NCBI GenBank assembly: GCA_951406725.2
Contig: OX597817.1
Location: 122,946,001 to 123,010,000 of the forward strand
Source of the DNA: Octopus vulgaris
Lineage: Eukaryota
Length of the DNA: 64,000 nt
Direction of reading: 5' to 3'
Shown here in pieces: positions 1-12,913 of the stretch. The notes beneath the pieces are model-generated. The model worked only from the letters and a program-made list of their open reading frames with translations, had not been told where the DNA came from and made no database searches. A program made the translations under genes and the position numbers. Position 1 is the first letter of the stretch. The number at the start of each line of letters is the position of its first letter.

Positions 1-328
1 CTGTCTGTCTGTCTGTCTGCCTATCTATCTATATCCATTTATACAAATGTACCTATGCAATGTGTATTCATACCTATGTCTTTATCGCTGCATTGAAAGA
101 AATTATCGAAGGGAAGAGAAATGTTTTTAAAACGTTCTGTAAAACACTTCAAAATTATAACCTCACATGACCACTTGCAAAATATGTTTGTAAACACAAT
201 CACAAAAATCTCCTAGATATTCACTTGACACTGTCGTTCCAATATTGCAACTTGTCTTTCAGCAAACTCCTTCACGACAATAAATCGAAGACCACACTTA
301 ACATGTCCTCAGCAATAGGACAAATAAA

Positions 329-765
329 GGCGGTAAGCTGGCAGAATCGTTAGCACGCGGGCGAAATGCTTAGTGGTTTTTCGTCTGCCGCTATGTTCTG
401 AGTTCAAATTCCGCCGAGGTCGACTTTGCCTTTCATCCTTTCGGGGTCAATAAAAATTAAGTATCAGTTATGCACTGGGGTTGATGTAATCGACTTAATC
501 CGTTTGTCTGTCCTTGTTTGTCCCCTCTATGATTTGCCCCTTGTGGGCAATCAAGAAACAAGTATCATTCGCACGCCGAAAAAAATGTTTAACCACGTTT
601 CGTCTGCATTTATGTTATCTGTTCAAATTCCACCGAGGTCGACTTTGCTTATCATCCTTTCGAGATCAATAAAATAAATACCAGCTAGTTAAACACTGGC
701 GTCAATGTGATCGACTTATACATTCCCCGAACTTGCTGAACTTGAGCCAAAATTTGAACCAATAA
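329..765 (+). mobile_element. tRNA-derived SINE family A, one full unit plus a decayed partial second unit
   Basis: Head GGCGGTAAGCTGGCAGAATCGTTAGC, B-box-like GAGTTCAAATTCC and central GCCTTTCATCCTTTCGGGGTC..AAGTA.CAG (resembles the MetaSINE Meta domain); many copies in the window. Confidence 0.85.
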
Positions 766-1479
766 TAGGTCAATTAGCTATAGAATAAATGTATAGAATC
801 CTTATCTAAAAATTCAGTCAAGATAATTTTTACTGTTCTTCGATATTCAGCCATTCTTAGACTTTTGTCTAGAAAATCCGTTTTAGCAAAATCAAGTTTG
901 ATATTCCGTAATAACAAAAGCAACTATTTCAAGCTGTGGGCACTGTTATGAGACTAAACAGCTATTATGAACCTTGACCATTTCACGAGCTTTAATGACT
1001 ATAATGAATCTCAGTCTAGCCACACGAGTTGCAAGAAATTACATCCAAATATTGCTTGAAGTGTACATAACTGTCTTAAAGAAGCCTCAGAAAATGTGTG
1101 ATTGTTAATGTAGTGCTAGATGTCTGAAAAGGCTGGATGGTCACAGCTGAAGTACTTGAGATTATGGGCCTACTCGATCGGAATTAATATCAGGTTACAC
1201 GGCAACAAAAGCGTGCCAAAGAAAGAGTCTCACAGTGACTATTCTACCTGTTAGCTGAAAATAGCCAAAGGTACCTGAAGTTAAAGAAAGAGTGAAACAA
1301 TATTTAAAAATAATATATAAGGGTGAAGACTGATATTACTTTGAACATAGGTCTTCAAGAACATAGCTAATACACGGTCTACTACTACTACTAGTACATA
1401 TGCGGTTGAAGAATTCTGTATATTCGATAAAAATTTTCTTAATTAACAAATGCATTTAGGAATCACTTTTAAAATATAG

Positions 1480-1693
1480 ATTCGAAAGTTTGATACAAGT
1501 CCAGAAAGTTCGAAGAAGAGGAGGTAATACGAATACATTGACCCCAGTGCTCGACTAGTACTTATTTTATCGACCCAAAAGGATTAAAAGGCAAAGTCGA
1601 CCTCGGAAGAATTTGAACTCAGAACGTAAAGACGGGTGAAATGCCGCCAAGCATTATGCCTGGCTTGCTAACGATTATGCCAGCTCATCGCCT
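1480..1693 (-). mobile_element. SINE family A (decayed)
   Basis: Reverse complement of the family A body and head (GGCAAAGTCGACCTCGGAAGAATTTGAACTCAGAACG..TGCCAGCTC). Confidence 0.8.
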
Positions 1694-2726
1694 ACGATCA
1701 TTTTCAAAATGTTAGTAGAATCATTCGAGAGTTAGGAGGAATTAAATATGCACTTACATGTCCCGACATTTTACGATCTGAGTTCAAATTCCATTAAAGT
1801 TATCCTAGCCATCTTTCCTTTTGAGGTCGATGAAATAAAATGCGGTGAAGTAAGAAGAAAGTTATTAAAAAAAAAAAAAAAATAATAAAAAAAATAACGG
1901 TGTTTCTTTTAGTTCAACCGCAGATCAATCTCAATCGTTGAGCATACCTGTGGTCAACCCTGATCAATGAATATTCCAAACATAGTCATTCGGTATTATT
2001 TCCTAATCTCATTATCTCCTATATCCTTCCTGCTTTTATCTTATTTTATTTTTTTAAGAAGGTAAAATGTGATTTATGGGAGATTAGACTATTACTTTTA
2101 GTAGGTCCCGATCGACCATCTAGAAGTTCCCTGGTTTTTGCGGTATAAGGTTTTGAAATGATAAAAAAAAACAGAAACTAAAAAATTTCCATTTGATTCG
2201 ATACAATTCTGTTAAAGCGTAAAAAGGCTATAGATTTCTGTACATTAGAAATCAATGTTTTTAGAGTCAACGAACGCCCGAGAACTCCTTCTGTGGTTGT
2301 CTGGTTTCGACAATGTTTATTGTTCAAAACATTATCGAAATACTTGGAAACAGGAGAAATCTGCAGCGGAGATCAATCAAAATATATAGAATAAGTATGA
2401 AAAATAGAAAACGAAGACGAAAAAAATAATAATAATAAAAGGGAAATTGGCATACACATGAAATACATTTGTACTAGGATACACATGTCTCTGTATATTT
2501 CCATATGTTACACACACATTCACTTATACAGAAACTTACACAAGCATACAAACACGTAAGTATGTACGTACATATATATATATATACAGTTTTCGTTATG
2601 TAGCTGAAATTTCACAAATTACTGCTAATAGTTTCAGAACCTCGGGTAAAATCTCCACTTCTGGTATTGAGTGCTTTTCCATTTACTTGCAAAACGAAAG
2701 CATTTGCCTACTTATACAAATGCACG

Positions 2727-2763
<37 letters not shown>

Positions 2764-3099
2764 TCCTGCATACACACGCACATGGGTATGTCTACATTTG
2801 CTTATTTCAATTATTTGTCATCCACGGCCTACAGTACATACATACATACATACATACATACATACATACATACATACATACATACATAATAAATACATAC
2901 ATACATACATACATACACAAGTACACACACACAAATATATACAAAATAAATATGTATACATAGATATAATAAATGTATGCTCACATGCAGACACATACAC
3001 GCTCACATATGTGTATATGCTTATACATTGTATATACATTTGTATGCATATATATATATATATATATACGCTGGCGCGGGTATTGGCGTAGGTATGGCA

Positions 3100-3268
3100 G
3101 TAGGTATATGCGCGGTGGTTGAAAAACTGTTTCTCCAACATGAGATTGCGAGTTCAGTCTCGTTGCACTGCATCTTGAGCAAGTGTCTTCTGTTGTAGCT
3201 CTGGATCACCCAAAGCTTTTTGAGTGGATTTAGTAGACAGAAACTCAAAGATGTCCGTTGTGTATATC
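3100..3268 (+). mobile_element. SINE family B 5' half (decayed)
   Basis: GTTCAGTCTCGTTGCACTGCATCTTGAGCAAGTGTCTTCT..GAGTGGATTTAGTAGACAGAAACT matches the family B head and core. Confidence 0.7.
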
Positions 3269-3270
3269 TA

Positions 3271-3634
3271 CAACAGTAGCATTGTCCTCTATGGGACTGC
3301 CACATTTAGTTGGCAAATATGCTTCACGTTTCCGTATTGCTACTGTTTACTTCTCGCTCAGAGACTTGATATTGCCATGTGTGTGTGTGTTTGTGTGAGT
3401 GTGTACCCAAAAACCCGGGTCTGTGTGCATCACAGATGGGAACGATGATTTCCCTTCAGAAATACTAATCAGACAAGGCATAATGTCGCTAGCCAGCTGG
3501 AGGAGATGTCCTGCTTCGGATAAAAGCAACAGTAGCATCGTCCTCTATGGGACCGCCGCATTTAGTTGGCAAATATACTTCACGATTCTGTGCTGCATCT
3601 GTTTACTTTTCGCTCAGAGATTTAATATTGCAAT
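3271..3634. repeat. ~108-bp direct repeat pair, 256 bp apart
   Basis: CAACAGTAGCAT.GTCCTCTATGGGAC.GCC.CATTTAGTTGGCAAATAT.CTTCACG at 3271 and 3527. Confidence 0.85.
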
Positions 3635-3819
3635 ACACCCCCCCACACACACACATAAATATAATGGTCGTGACTTCTGGAACTTGACCGAGGAAAAAAA
3701 TTCATGAACGACCCGTCTTTTTTAACCTGCCCATCTAATTATTGTTTCTCTTATCCGTCTTTGTATCGGCTATCTGTCCGAATATTTAAATGTTCTCTAT
3801 TGCGTATTTGTTCCATTTA

Positions 3820-3876
<57 letters not shown>

Positions 3877-3904
3877 GCATATAGGCGCACACACTCACAC
3901 ACAT

Positions 3905-4315
3905 ATATCTTTTATCTTTGACTTCTTTCAGTTATTTCACTGCACCCACACTGGCATAACAACTTTAAGGGTTGTAGTCGAACAAATCGACCCCAGGACT
4001 TATTCTTTAAAGCGTGGTATTTATTCTATCGGTTTATTTTGCAAAATCACTGAGTTGAAGGAACGCAAACACACCAACGTCGGTTGTCAATCGGTGGTGA
4101 GAGTACAAAGACAGACAGAAAGAAACACACACATAGTTATATACAATTACATATACGACAGTCTTCTTTCAGTTTCCGTCTACCAAATCCACTCTTAAGA
4201 CTTTGGTCGGCCAAAGGCTATAATAGAAGACACTTGCCCAAGGTGCTACGCAGTGGGATTGAACCCGGAACCATGTGGTTGGGAAGCAAGCTTCTTACCA
4301 TACAGTCACATTATA
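3905..4315 (-). mobile_element. SINE family B (tRNA head, CORE-like centre, CR1-like tail)
   Basis: Matches the full copies at 8195, 37810 and 38728; the head end abuts a family A dimer insertion. Confidence 0.85.
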
Positions 4316-4730
4316 TATTTTTTATTGCCCACAGGGGGCTAAACATAGAGGGGACAAACAAGGACAGACAAAAGGATTAAGTCGATTACATCGACCCCAG
4401 TGCGTAACTGGTACTTATTTAATCGACCCCGAAAGGATGAAAGGCAAAGTCGACCTCGGCGGAATTTGAACTCAGAACGTAGCGGCAGGCGAAATACCTA
4501 TTTCCTTACTACCCACAAGGGGCTAAACACAGAGAGGACAAACAAGGACAAACAGATTAAGTCGATTACATCGACCCCAGTTCGTAACTGGTACTTAATT
4601 TATCGACCCCGAAAGGATGAAAGGCAAAGTCGACCTCAGCGGAATTTGAACTCAGAACGTAACGGCAGACGAAATACGGCTACGCATTTCGCCCAGCGTG
4701 CTAACGATACTGCCAGCTCGCCACCCTTAG
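4316..4730 (-). mobile_element. SINE family A dimer with 14-bp TSD
   Basis: Two ~180-bp units; ACAGTCACATTATA at 4302-4315 and 4731-4744. Confidence 0.9.
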
Positions 4731-5365
4731 ACAGTCACATTATAACTGAAAGGCTCTCATTTCCCGTACTCAGAGTTTATCGTTTCCAATAATCAGCCGG
4801 TAATCTGAGCGTGCTTTTCTTTTGAAATATGGAATGGAAGTTTGTAGTAAATTCTTAAAACGCTTTCGTGTGCGAAACGTGCTAAAACAGCTGCTTCAAG
4901 CTCACGTTTTTTATTTTATTTCTTGTTCTGGAAATATTCTAAACGTGGAAATATTCTAAATTTCATACGAGCGAAGTCCCTTTAATAGCATTCCTCATGA
5001 AATTGCTTTGTTATTTAAGTGATGTAGTAAAGTAATACTTTTAATTAATTGAAAAAGAAATTAATATTACAAACAATGAATGTGTGTGCGCATGTGTACT
5101 TGTGCATTTTGTGTGCGCCCATGCAGAGACATATATATCCACATGCACACTTTTATGTACACACACCTGTATATACATATATAAGTGCACACTTGTATGT
5201 AAATTTATATATGCATGCATTTATACATGTGCATATATGCGCAAACGCATACATTGTCACATACGCACACATATTAAACGTACATTTATAAAGCATATAT
5301 TGGTAAAACACTTCGAAGCTAGTGCTTTTATTTTTTTTATCTCCGCTCCAGGACGAAGTTCAAGA

Positions 5366-5950
5366 AGGTCGGCGAGCTGGCAAAATCGTTAGCACGCCGG
5401 GCGAAATGCGTAGCCGTGTTTCGTCTGCCGTTACGTTCTGAGTTCAAATTCCGCCGAGGTCGACTTTGCCTTTCATCCTTTCGGGGTCGATAAATTAAAT
5501 ACTAGTTACGCACTGGGGTCGATATAATAAACTTAATCCGTTTGTCTATCCTTGTTTGTCCTCTCTGTGCTTAGCCCCTTGTGGATAGTAAAGAAATAGG
5601 TATTTCGTCTGCTGCTACGTTCTGAGTTCAAATTCCGCCGAGGTCGACTTTACCTTTCATCCTTTCGGGGTCGCTAAATTAAGTACCAGTTACGCAGTGA
5701 GGTCGATATACTTGACTTAATCCGTTTGTCTGTCCTTGTTTGTCCTCTCTGTGTTTAGCTCCTTGTGGGTAGTAAATAAATAGGTATTTCTTCTGTCTTT
5801 ACGTTCTGTGTTCAAATTCTGCTGGGGTCGACTTTGCCTTTCATCTTTTCGGGATCGATAAATTAAGTACCAGTTGCGTACTGGGGTCGATCTAATCCCC
5901 TGGCCTCTCCTCCCCCCAAATTTCGGGCCTTATGCCTAGTGTAGAAAAGA
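5366..5950 (+). mobile_element. SINE family A trimer
   Basis: One tRNA head followed by three bodies; units 1-2 end in tail type 1, unit 3 in tail type 2 (CCCCAAATTTCGGGCCTT.TGCCTAG). Confidence 0.9.
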
Positions 5951-6029
5951 AAAGAAGGTAGGTATTTACGCAAAAGATTCTTAGCCCCGGGTATATAAGG
6001 CCGTAGAAATTCCTTTCGTTTGCTTCGGT

Positions 6030-6650
6030 CATTGGAACAATAGAAAAAGTAACAGGCTTTAGAAAAAAGGAACCATTCAAGAGTTTCATCGAACAAATCA
6101 CTCCCTGTACTTATTTGTTAAAGCCTGGTGCTTATTCTATCGCTTTCTTTTGCTGAACCGCTACATTATGTGAACGTAAACAAGCCGGTACTGGTTGTCA
6201 AACGTTAGTGGAAGACAAACACAATGCAAACACGCACGTTTACACACACACACACACACACATTTATACACGAGAGGCTTCTTTAAGATTCTCATTGTTG
6301 TCTGTGGAAATTTTAGAGACAACACTAAACTTCATAGCAAGTAACAAATGCTTGGCTAAATATCTTCATATAGCATTCTCATTTCCTTCATATTTAGTAG
6401 CAATTCTCTTAATTTTCAACTCTTGTGAAAATATGTTTCTCGTTTATTTATCTTTTTAAAGATTGCTTTAGCATTAGGCTGCGGCCATGCTGAGGCACCG
6501 CCTTGAAGGGTTTCGTCCAACACAATGACCCCAGTACTTATATTCTCAGTCCTTTCTTTGCCGAGCCGCTAAGTTTCGAGGATGTAAACAAACAACCATC
6601 GGTTGTCAAGCAGTGTTAGGGGACAAACAAAAGCATAAAGACACATCATG
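6030..6650 (-). mobile_element. Two decayed SINE family B 3' fragments
   Basis: CTTATTCTATCG..GAACCGCTA..GGTTGTCAA at ~6130-6200; GCGGCCATGCTGAGGCACCGCC..GGTTGTCAAG at ~6480-6610. Confidence 0.7.
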
Positions 6651-6881
6651 CGTACACCTATGTATGTAAGTATGTGTGTATTATGTATAAATATATGTAT
6701 GTACGTACGTATATATATATATACATACAAACACACATATATATATATATATATATACATACATATATATATGTGTGTGTGTATATATATATATACATAT
6801 GTGTGTGTGAGTGTGTGTGCGTGTGTGTGAGTGTGTGTGCGTGTGTGTGTGTGTAGTGTGTGTGTGTGGTGTATAAATATT

Positions 6882-6990
6882 GTATATTGAGAAAAAAGGA
6901 GGCCGCCAGAATTATGGGAAAAAATGATTTATTAATTGATCATTATTAGCGCGTTCGTTGGTTTTTCGAACTTGTTAAATAAAATTGTGA
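6882..6990 (-). repeat. Inverted copy of a Penelope-type terminal repeat (pairs with 9544-9650)
   Basis: Reverse complement aligns, with scattered mismatches, to 9544-9650 (AGAAAAAAGGAGG.CGCCAGAATT..CATTATTAGCGC.TTC.TT.GTTTTTCGAACTTGT). Confidence 0.8.
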
Positions 6991-6994
6991 TGTG

Positions 6995-7692
6995 GAAACA
7001 GGTTGTTCATTTATATAAAACAATCTACTGAACACACTTCACCCATCAATCAAATTTACGACAGAATCCACTTGCAATGAATTACCATTCCTGGATAGCC
7101 ACATAAAAATACAGAATTCCACAGTCGCAACAGACATATTTTAAAAAAAACCTGACACACCAATGTTTAAATTTCTACTCTTGCCATCCATCACACATCA
7201 AAAGGAACATCCCATACAGCATGGCTAGACGCATCTCTGCTATAGTGACTGACCCCAAAATACGTGAAGTCCGACTCAACTAACTCAAAGGCTTCCTATC
7301 AATGCAGAAATGGGGGAATTTAAAAGGCGATGGAACTGAGCATCATCCAACTACGGACACTTAAGGAAAAATTCAAGAGCGGATTTTCGTTCAAAATAAA
7401 TGCAGATATGAACTGCAAAACGCAGATCCTCATATCCTGCTTTACCTGCCTCAACTGCAAAGAAAATTACATTGGCGAAACAAATAATTCTCTCTGCCAA
7501 CGTGCAAGAATCCACAGGCAGCATATCTGACAAGAATAATTACGTAAGATTCCGTTAAGCAAGCACCTGGAAATATGCAGCGACTGAAAATTCAAAATCT
7601 TTCCCTTTTACAAATGTTCACGGGATGATCCACAAATCCCGAAAAACAATGGAGCTAAACTTTATCAAAAAATTCTCTCCAATATTTGAATG
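6995..7692 (+). pseudogene. Penelope-like element RT-thumb and GIY-YIG endonuclease remnant
   Basis: Frameshifted LPFLD..TDIF..FYSCHPSHIKRNIPYSMARRI, then CKTQILISCFTCLNCKENYIGETNNSLCQRARIHRQHI..KHLEIC..MELNFIKKF; stops and deletions present. Confidence 0.85.
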
Positions 7693-7790
7693 TTTGAAAG
7701 AAAAGCAGAAAATTTGCATTTTTGATACTGAATGTAGCTCCAATATTAGAAACATGATACGCATCTCTATAAATATTCAGGTATATTTAT

Positions 7791-8029
7791 ATAACATTGG
7801 GATATTCAAACTTTACGTATTTTTCTAATTTGTAAATAATGTTTGTTCATGCAAAAATATGAAATTGAAAGACATCTTAAGGAAAGAAAAAATATATATT
7901 ATTACCGTTGTTTCTGCTTCAACATTTATAACATCATAGTCATCCCTATAACATTGGGTTTTATTTTTCTAATTTGTAAATATTATAGTAATGTTTATTC
8001 ATGCAGAAACATGAAATTAAAAGAAACCT
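7791..8029. repeat. ~85-bp imperfect direct repeat
   Basis: ATAACATTGGG..TTTTTCTAATTTGTAAATA..ATGTTT.TTCATGCA.AAA.ATGAAATT.AAAGA at 7791 and 7948. Confidence 0.75.
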
Positions 8030-8194
8030 GACTTTGTTTTTCAATGCAAAACATCGAAATTACAGTGTCGATATAGACATATTTCCAAACACAGGAACTC
8101 ACGGGTACACACACGCATGCGCGCACACACACACAACGCACACACGCACACACAAATATACATATTTTTTCTCTTTTATTTATTTATTTATTTT

Positions 8195-8597
8195 TCTCTT
8201 TTACTTGTTTCAGTCATTTGACTGCGGCCATGCTGGAGCACCGCCTTTAATCGAGCAACTCGACACCGGGACTTATTCTTGTTGTAAGCCCAGTACTTAT
8301 TCTATCGGTCTCTTTTGCCGAACCGCTAGGTAACGGGGACGTAAACACACCAGCATCTGTTGTCAAGCAATGCTAGGGGGACAAACACAGACACACAAAC
8401 AAACACACATACATATATATATACATATATACGACAGGCTTCTTTCAGTTTCCGTCTACCAAATCCACTCACAAGGCATTGGTCGGCCCGGGGCTATAGC
8501 AGAAGACACTTGCCCAAGATACCACGCAGTGGGACTGAACCCGGAACCATGTGGTTGGTTAGCAAGCTACTTACCACACAGCCACTCCTGCGCCTAT
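8195..8597 (-). mobile_element. SINE family B, full length
   Basis: Minus strand reads GGCGCAGGAGTGGCTGTGTGGTAAG..GGTTCAGTCCC..TTGGGCAAGTGTCTTCT..GGCGGTGCTCCAGCATGGCCGCAGTCAAATGACTGAAACAAGTAAAAGAG. Confidence 0.92.
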
Positions 8598-8860
8598 ATA
8601 TATACATATATATATATATATATTTAAAATTTCATAGAACCTCTTATCTTCCTTCTGGTACCTTAAGAAAGAAACAAAAATGCTTTCAGTGATGACTGCA
8701 CCCACATCCTTTTTTCACTATTTCCCCCATCCTAAATCTGACATCCTGGAGTGGTCACTATCCTTGAACTCCTGTTAATACAATAGTAAATAACTAACTA
8801 AATAAATGGTAAATACATGTCAAATTGAAAATAATCCCTCCCTCCACCCTATCTTTATTG

Positions 8861-8940
<80 letters not shown>

Positions 8941-8988
8941 GCTAGCTAGCTAGCTAGCTAGCTATCTAGCTATCTAGCTAGCTATCTC
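8861..8988. repeat. (TCTA)n/(GCTA)n microsatellite
   Basis: Direct observation. Confidence 0.95.
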
Positions 8989-8990
8989 CA

Positions 8991-9503
8991 TTGTCCTGGA
9001 ACCTACCCCCTCCTCCATCCCCCTTCCCCCATGCACCCTCCACGGACCCACACACACCCCACCCTGACTTCCCTACGTCTACCCCATCTTCACCCAACCA
9101 TTCCAACTCTCCTCCCCACACCTCTGCACTCCCTCTTCCTGACCCCCACTCATCCCACCACCCTGCTCTCTCGCACTGTTGTCACTATACCCCCCAATCT
9201 CCCCCTCTCCGCTGCCGAGCGCTCTCTCCTTAGTAAGGGTCTCCGCTTCACGCCTCTCACGCGCCACTGCGACGAATTTGAGTATTTTCCATTCAAAATG
9301 TGACCGCGTGTGTACCGTTGGCGATTTTTTTCCTCTGTCTTTCTTCCTTTTCTGGATCTTTCCTTCTCCTATGTTTCCGACGAAGAGCTCGGCTCAAAAC
9401 GTTAAACCCTCCTTCTTTCCTGAGCGTCCAATAATACTATATTTGTTCCACGTCCTCGCGTTGTTGTGTTTTTCCGTGCTTTCATGTTTGGATTAACTTT
9501 ATA
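8991..9503 (+). mobile_element. Internally deleted Penelope-like element
   Basis: TVVTIPPNLPLSAAERSLLSKGLRFTP resembles the Penelope ORF N-terminal LS..E..LL.KGL.F.P motif; joined directly to a terminal segment with a decayed hammerhead. Confidence 0.7.
9373..9407 (+). ncRNA. Decayed minimal type I hammerhead ribozyme motif
   Basis: GTTT-CCGACGA-A-GAGC-TCG-GCTC-AAAA-CG-TT-AAAC: stem I GTTT/AAAC, stem II GAGC/GCTC, palindromic ACGT stem III; two core deviations (U4 to C, G12 to A). Confidence 0.5.
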
Positions 9504-9543
9504 TAAAATCTGTTTTATATAAATAAGTAACCTGTGCGCATAC

Positions 9544-9650
9544 TCACAATTTTATGTGACAAGTTCGAAAAACGAATGAAAGCGCTAATAATGAATAAAT
9601 GAAATTTGTTTTCCAAAATTCTGGCGACCTCCTTTTTTCTGAATATATAC
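9544..9650 (+). repeat. Penelope-type terminal repeat with decayed minimal hammerhead
   Basis: TTAT-GTGACAA-GTTC..GAAT-GAAA-GCGC-TA-ATAA; inverted partner at 6882-6990. Confidence 0.65.
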
Positions 9651-9937
9651 GACACTCCTTGTTTGTTTTCGTCGGTTTCCTTCTATGTCTCCACTGTCAT
9701 ATCTTTGTTTTCAAATTTGATCCTTCATAAATCCTAAATTTTAGTTTGGAACTTATGGGAACAACTGTCTTTGAAGACTCATATTGTTGTTGAAGCCTCG
9801 AAATGAATATTTTTGATAAAATGAAAATTCCTTAACGGATTAATTCCGGTATAATTTTTATTTTTAAATGAAGAAGTGATGTTGTTGGTATGGCTACTTG
9901 GAACGCTATAAGCCTTACACTAAAAACTCTGTGATTA

Positions 9938-10516
9938 AGGCAGCGAGCTGGCAGAAACGTTAGCACGTCGGGCTAAATGCTTAGCAGTATTTCGTCTGTC
10001 GCTATGTTCTGAGTTTAAATTCCGCCGAGGTCGACTTTGCCTTTCATCCTTTCAGGGTCGATTAAATAAGTACCAGTTACACACTGGGTCGATATAATCG
10101 ACTTAATCCGTTTGTCTGTCCTTGTTTGTCCTCTCTGTGTGTAGCCCCTTGTGGGCAGTAAAGAAATAGGTATTTCGTCTGCCGCTACGTTCTGAGTTCA
10201 AATTCCGCCAAGGTCGACTTTGCCTTTCATCCTTTTGGAATCGATTAATTAAGTACCAGTTACGCACTGGGGTCGATATAATCGACTTAATCCGTTTGTC
10301 TGTCCTTGTTTGTCTCATCTGTGTTTAGCCCCTTCTGGGTAGTAAATAAATAGGTATTTCGTCTGCTTTTACGTTCTGTGTTCAAATTCCGCCGATGCCA
10401 ACTTTACCTTTCATCCTTTTGGAGTCGATAAATTAAGTACCAGGTGCGTACTGGTGTCTATCTAATCAACTGGCCCCACCCCAAATTTTTGACCTTGTCC
10501 CTGAAGTAGAAAGGAA
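9938..10516 (+). mobile_element. SINE family A trimer
   Basis: Same head + tail1 + tail1 + tail2 architecture as 5366-5950. Confidence 0.9.
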
Positions 10517-10524
10517 TAATAACT

Positions 10525-12199
10525 ATGCGATCGCTGCTATTTTTAGCACGCTAAACAAGATAGTTTTTAACTGAAAAAGAACATCTAGCAGCAAAGGCAC
10601 ACCGGCAGAATCAGATAAAACCAGGGCAAAGCGACTGTAACAGATGCCTGAATATGCACGGAGACGTAGACATGATTCTGTTTCCGCTACAAATGACCGA
10701 CTGGTTACGGTATCTCGAGAGAATATTCTACTTCAAAATAACGGTGTCAGATCACAAATTGTGTATTGTTGATGCAACACTAAAGAGATCTTTTCTTTGC
10801 GATCATGTGGAAGTAGTGAAATTGACAAGCAATCTATGACTTTTTACAGAACGTCATTCTGATGAAAGAGAGTTTGCTAATTACCTTCTTGATGAAGGAA
10901 ATGGTAACATTTCTACTGAAAAAAACCTGGGTGAATTCAAAATCAAACTACCCAATGACCCTTGCCTTGAAAGAGGTACTCTTTCTGATCTATGTGATTT
11001 TGTATATGCTGACCTCAAAAATAACTTCACAAACCTTGTCTGGCTTGCAAATAGAAGTATCGTGACTCCAACAAATGAAGCAGCACAATATATTAATGAT
11101 TTTTCTGTTGACCACGAGTCCTGGTGAGCTAAGCATATACAGAAACTCTGATACCGTTGGTAATGAAACTCTGTACCCAGTCGAGTTCATCAACAAACCT
11201 ACACCATCAGGGTTTCCACCACACGTTGTCAAACTGAAAATATAAAAATATAAAAAATAGAAAATAGAAAACGATGCATAATGCTTCTGAGTGGACATGA
11301 TAATGTTATTGAGGCTAAGCTTGCTTCTGGTCCTTATGCAGGATCAACTCTGCTAATCCAAAGAATATTACATTTATCTCAAGAAATGGAATTTCCATTT
11401 CTATTTACACGCAAAAAATTTGCCGTCAAGCCAGCTTTTGCCTTAACGTACAACAAGGCACAGGGACAGACTTTTGAACAAAGTGGAATATATAATATCT
11501 TTCGACACAATTTTTCTCACATGGTCAGCTGTATGCCGCATTATCTAGAGTTCAAAGGCTAATGTAAAAATATTGGCTGAGAGAAATGAAAACAGCATGA
11601 TTACTGACAACTGTGTCTACAATGAGATACAATTTTAAAGCAAAATATGTTTTTTTTAACAAGTTTCAGTAAATAGAATTAACGCATAAATTATATGTAA
11701 AACAGCATATATTTGTGTGGAATTAAATTGTTTTTACATATTTCAACATATGCCGAATGAATGATATCGTTATATTAGATCATTTTAAATTTGGGTATAT
11801 TTGAAAAAGTAAGGAAATGTCATTCCCATGAATTTTCACAGCACCAGTCTTTTTTGTGTGAGTGTTTGTGTATGTATGTATGTATGTATGTATGTATGTA
11901 TGTATGTATGTATGTATGTATGTATGTATGTATGTATCTATCTATCTATCTATCTATGCATAACTATGTAAGTTCTACCAATTATTAATGATAAATATAT
12001 ATAACAGATTGACTCTTTAAAAAAGAGAGGTTATGACTGATAAAATAATGAAAGCAATATTTACTAAGCGAGTGAGCGCTATTATACAAAGAAATAATAG
12101 AACGTAAAATATCATAAAAATGATTAGATTTAGGCATCAATGTGGAAATATTATTGAGTGGCCAGCAGAAAACCACCCGGAGGGCGGTCTTTCTGCTAG
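10525..12199 (+). mobile_element. Helitron remnant with intact 3' terminus
   Basis: Pif1 helicase remnants inside; ends AGCAGAAAACCACCCGGAGGGCGGTCTTTCTGCTAG|T (hairpin plus CTAG followed by T). Confidence 0.85.
10760..11636 (+). pseudogene. Helitron Rep/Hel Pif1-family helicase C-terminal fragment
   Basis: VDATLKRSFL.DHVEVVKLTSN, FANYLLDEGNG, RSIVTPTNE, YPVEFIN..PSGFPPH, FPFLFTRKKFAVKPAFALTYNKAQGQT and FSHGQLYAALSRV across frameshifts. Confidence 0.92.
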
Positions 12200-12221
12200 T
12201 ATATTTATATATATTTTTCTC

Positions 12222-12263
12222 TTTCTAGTTTCAGCTCAGAGCTGCGGCCTTGCTGATGCATCA
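12222..12263 (-). mobile_element. Isolated 3' tail of the CR1-like LINE
   Basis: CTAGTTTCAGCTCAGAGCTGCGGCCTTGCTGATGCA is near-identical to 35013-35048. Confidence 0.7.
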
Positions 12264-12601
<338 letters not shown>

Positions 12602-12635
12602 TACATACATATATATATATGTATATATGTACATA

Positions 12636-12666
<31 letters not shown>

Positions 12667-12705
12667 TCCATCTTTCATCTTTCATTTGCCATATATATAT
12701 ATATG

Positions 12706-12747
<42 letters not shown>

Positions 12748-12795
12748 TATGTACATACATAGATACAGACATTCAGACGCACACACGCTGGCCAG

Positions 12796-12913
12796 TTTCC
12801 TTCAGTTTCCGTCTACCAAATCCACTCACAAGCTTTTAGTCGGCGCGTGGCTATAGTAGAATACACTTGCCAAAGGTGCCACGCATTGGGACTGGACTCG
12901 ACCCATGTGGTTA
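12796..12913 (-). mobile_element. SINE family B 5' half
   Basis: TTCAGTTTCCGTCTACCAAATCCACTCACAAG..CACTTGCC.AAGGTGCCACGCA.TGGGACT. Confidence 0.8.
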
